From the NCBI GenBank assembly GCA_012295275.1, contig CM022676.1, positions 15,996,001 through 16,060,000 of the forward strand: 64,000 nucleotides of DNA, written 5' to 3'. Positions 63,196 to 64,000 of this stretch are shown piece after piece. The first letter of the stretch is position 1. Each line of letters begins with the position of its first letter. The notes under the pieces were generated by a model, which worked only from the letters and a program-made list of their open reading frames with translations, was not told the origin of the DNA and ran no database searches. The position numbers and the translations under genes are program-made. Origin of the DNA: Chrysomallon squamiferum (taxonomy: Eukaryota > Animalia > Mollusca).

Positions 63196-64000
63196 TTGAC
63201 TTTCACGGTCAACAAAGGGAATCTTGAGAGCAAAGATTTGCTATTTAATTTTCTGAGATATTTTTCTACCCCGTCTCTGTTTATGATTTAAATTTGCTAT
63301 GAATCTAATTCACAAGATTTGAATATGGGATGATTTTCACTGGTTTGTCGATAAGCGATGTTCTGACCTGCGTATTAATAACTGAAAAAGAGGATGAGGT
63401 AGTAGAAGAAGAAGATAACGTTCAACAATCTAAATGCAGCAAATAATAAAATGCATCTGCTTACCTTTTTTTTCATGTTTTATAATATATTATTGTTGTT
63501 TCTCCCGTTATTTTTGCTATTGAGCATGTGTTATTATTTATCATGAATGTTGATACACGTAAATTAATTCATATTTTCCTATTTATTTCTACAGTTAAAC
63601 GCGGACACCGTATAAAAAGTGAATTTTTCAAATCGTCGTAAATAACACTCGTCTGTACCTCTGTGTATCTTGTGCAGCAGTGACAGACTATTGTTATCTG
63701 ACGTACATGACAAACAAACACACATTTGCTGTACTGGGTATCCAAGTATGATTTCAGTGCCATTCCATGTACAGGGATCTATTTGGAAAACGAAAACAGC
63801 ATTACAAAATTATCTTTACGTATGCTGTATCTATCTACAACATAAAATAATAATTAAAAAAACATATAAACAAAACAAAAAAAAAAAAACCGGAAAAAAC
63901 AACAAGAAACAAACAACAACTGCACAATAATTAACATTAATCTACAATGGTTGTGTATATAGAATCATTCGAAACCGCAAAGTACGAAACGGACTATTTT

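Overview
AT-rich, microsatellite-dense eukaryotic DNA, probably a lophotrochozoan or mollusc (inferred from protein style), with two 200-N gaps (33007-33206, 53947-54146). The main feature is a spliced + strand gene at about 11358-26620. It encodes a signal peptide, seven group-A SRCR domains (each split into two exons, arranged A-B-C-A'-B'-C'-A''), three Ig-like domains and one FN3 domain; no transmembrane exon is visible. As written it has two 1-nt frameshifts and a scrambled 7th SRCR, which may be consensus errors. Partial, mostly disabled copies surround it in both orientations (7222-8830 minus, 34229-40131 minus, 41589-47053 plus, 54388-54562 plus), so 1-18.7 kb and 33.2-53.5 kb form one large imperfect inverted repeat. 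Orphan signal-peptide exons and orphan Tyr-motif tail exons of other receptor-like genes lie in the duplicated flanks. A convergent minus-strand gene with a YY1-type promoter lies at about 28.8-31.5 kb. A ~7 kb tandem duplication across the second gap is probably an uncollapsed haplotype.
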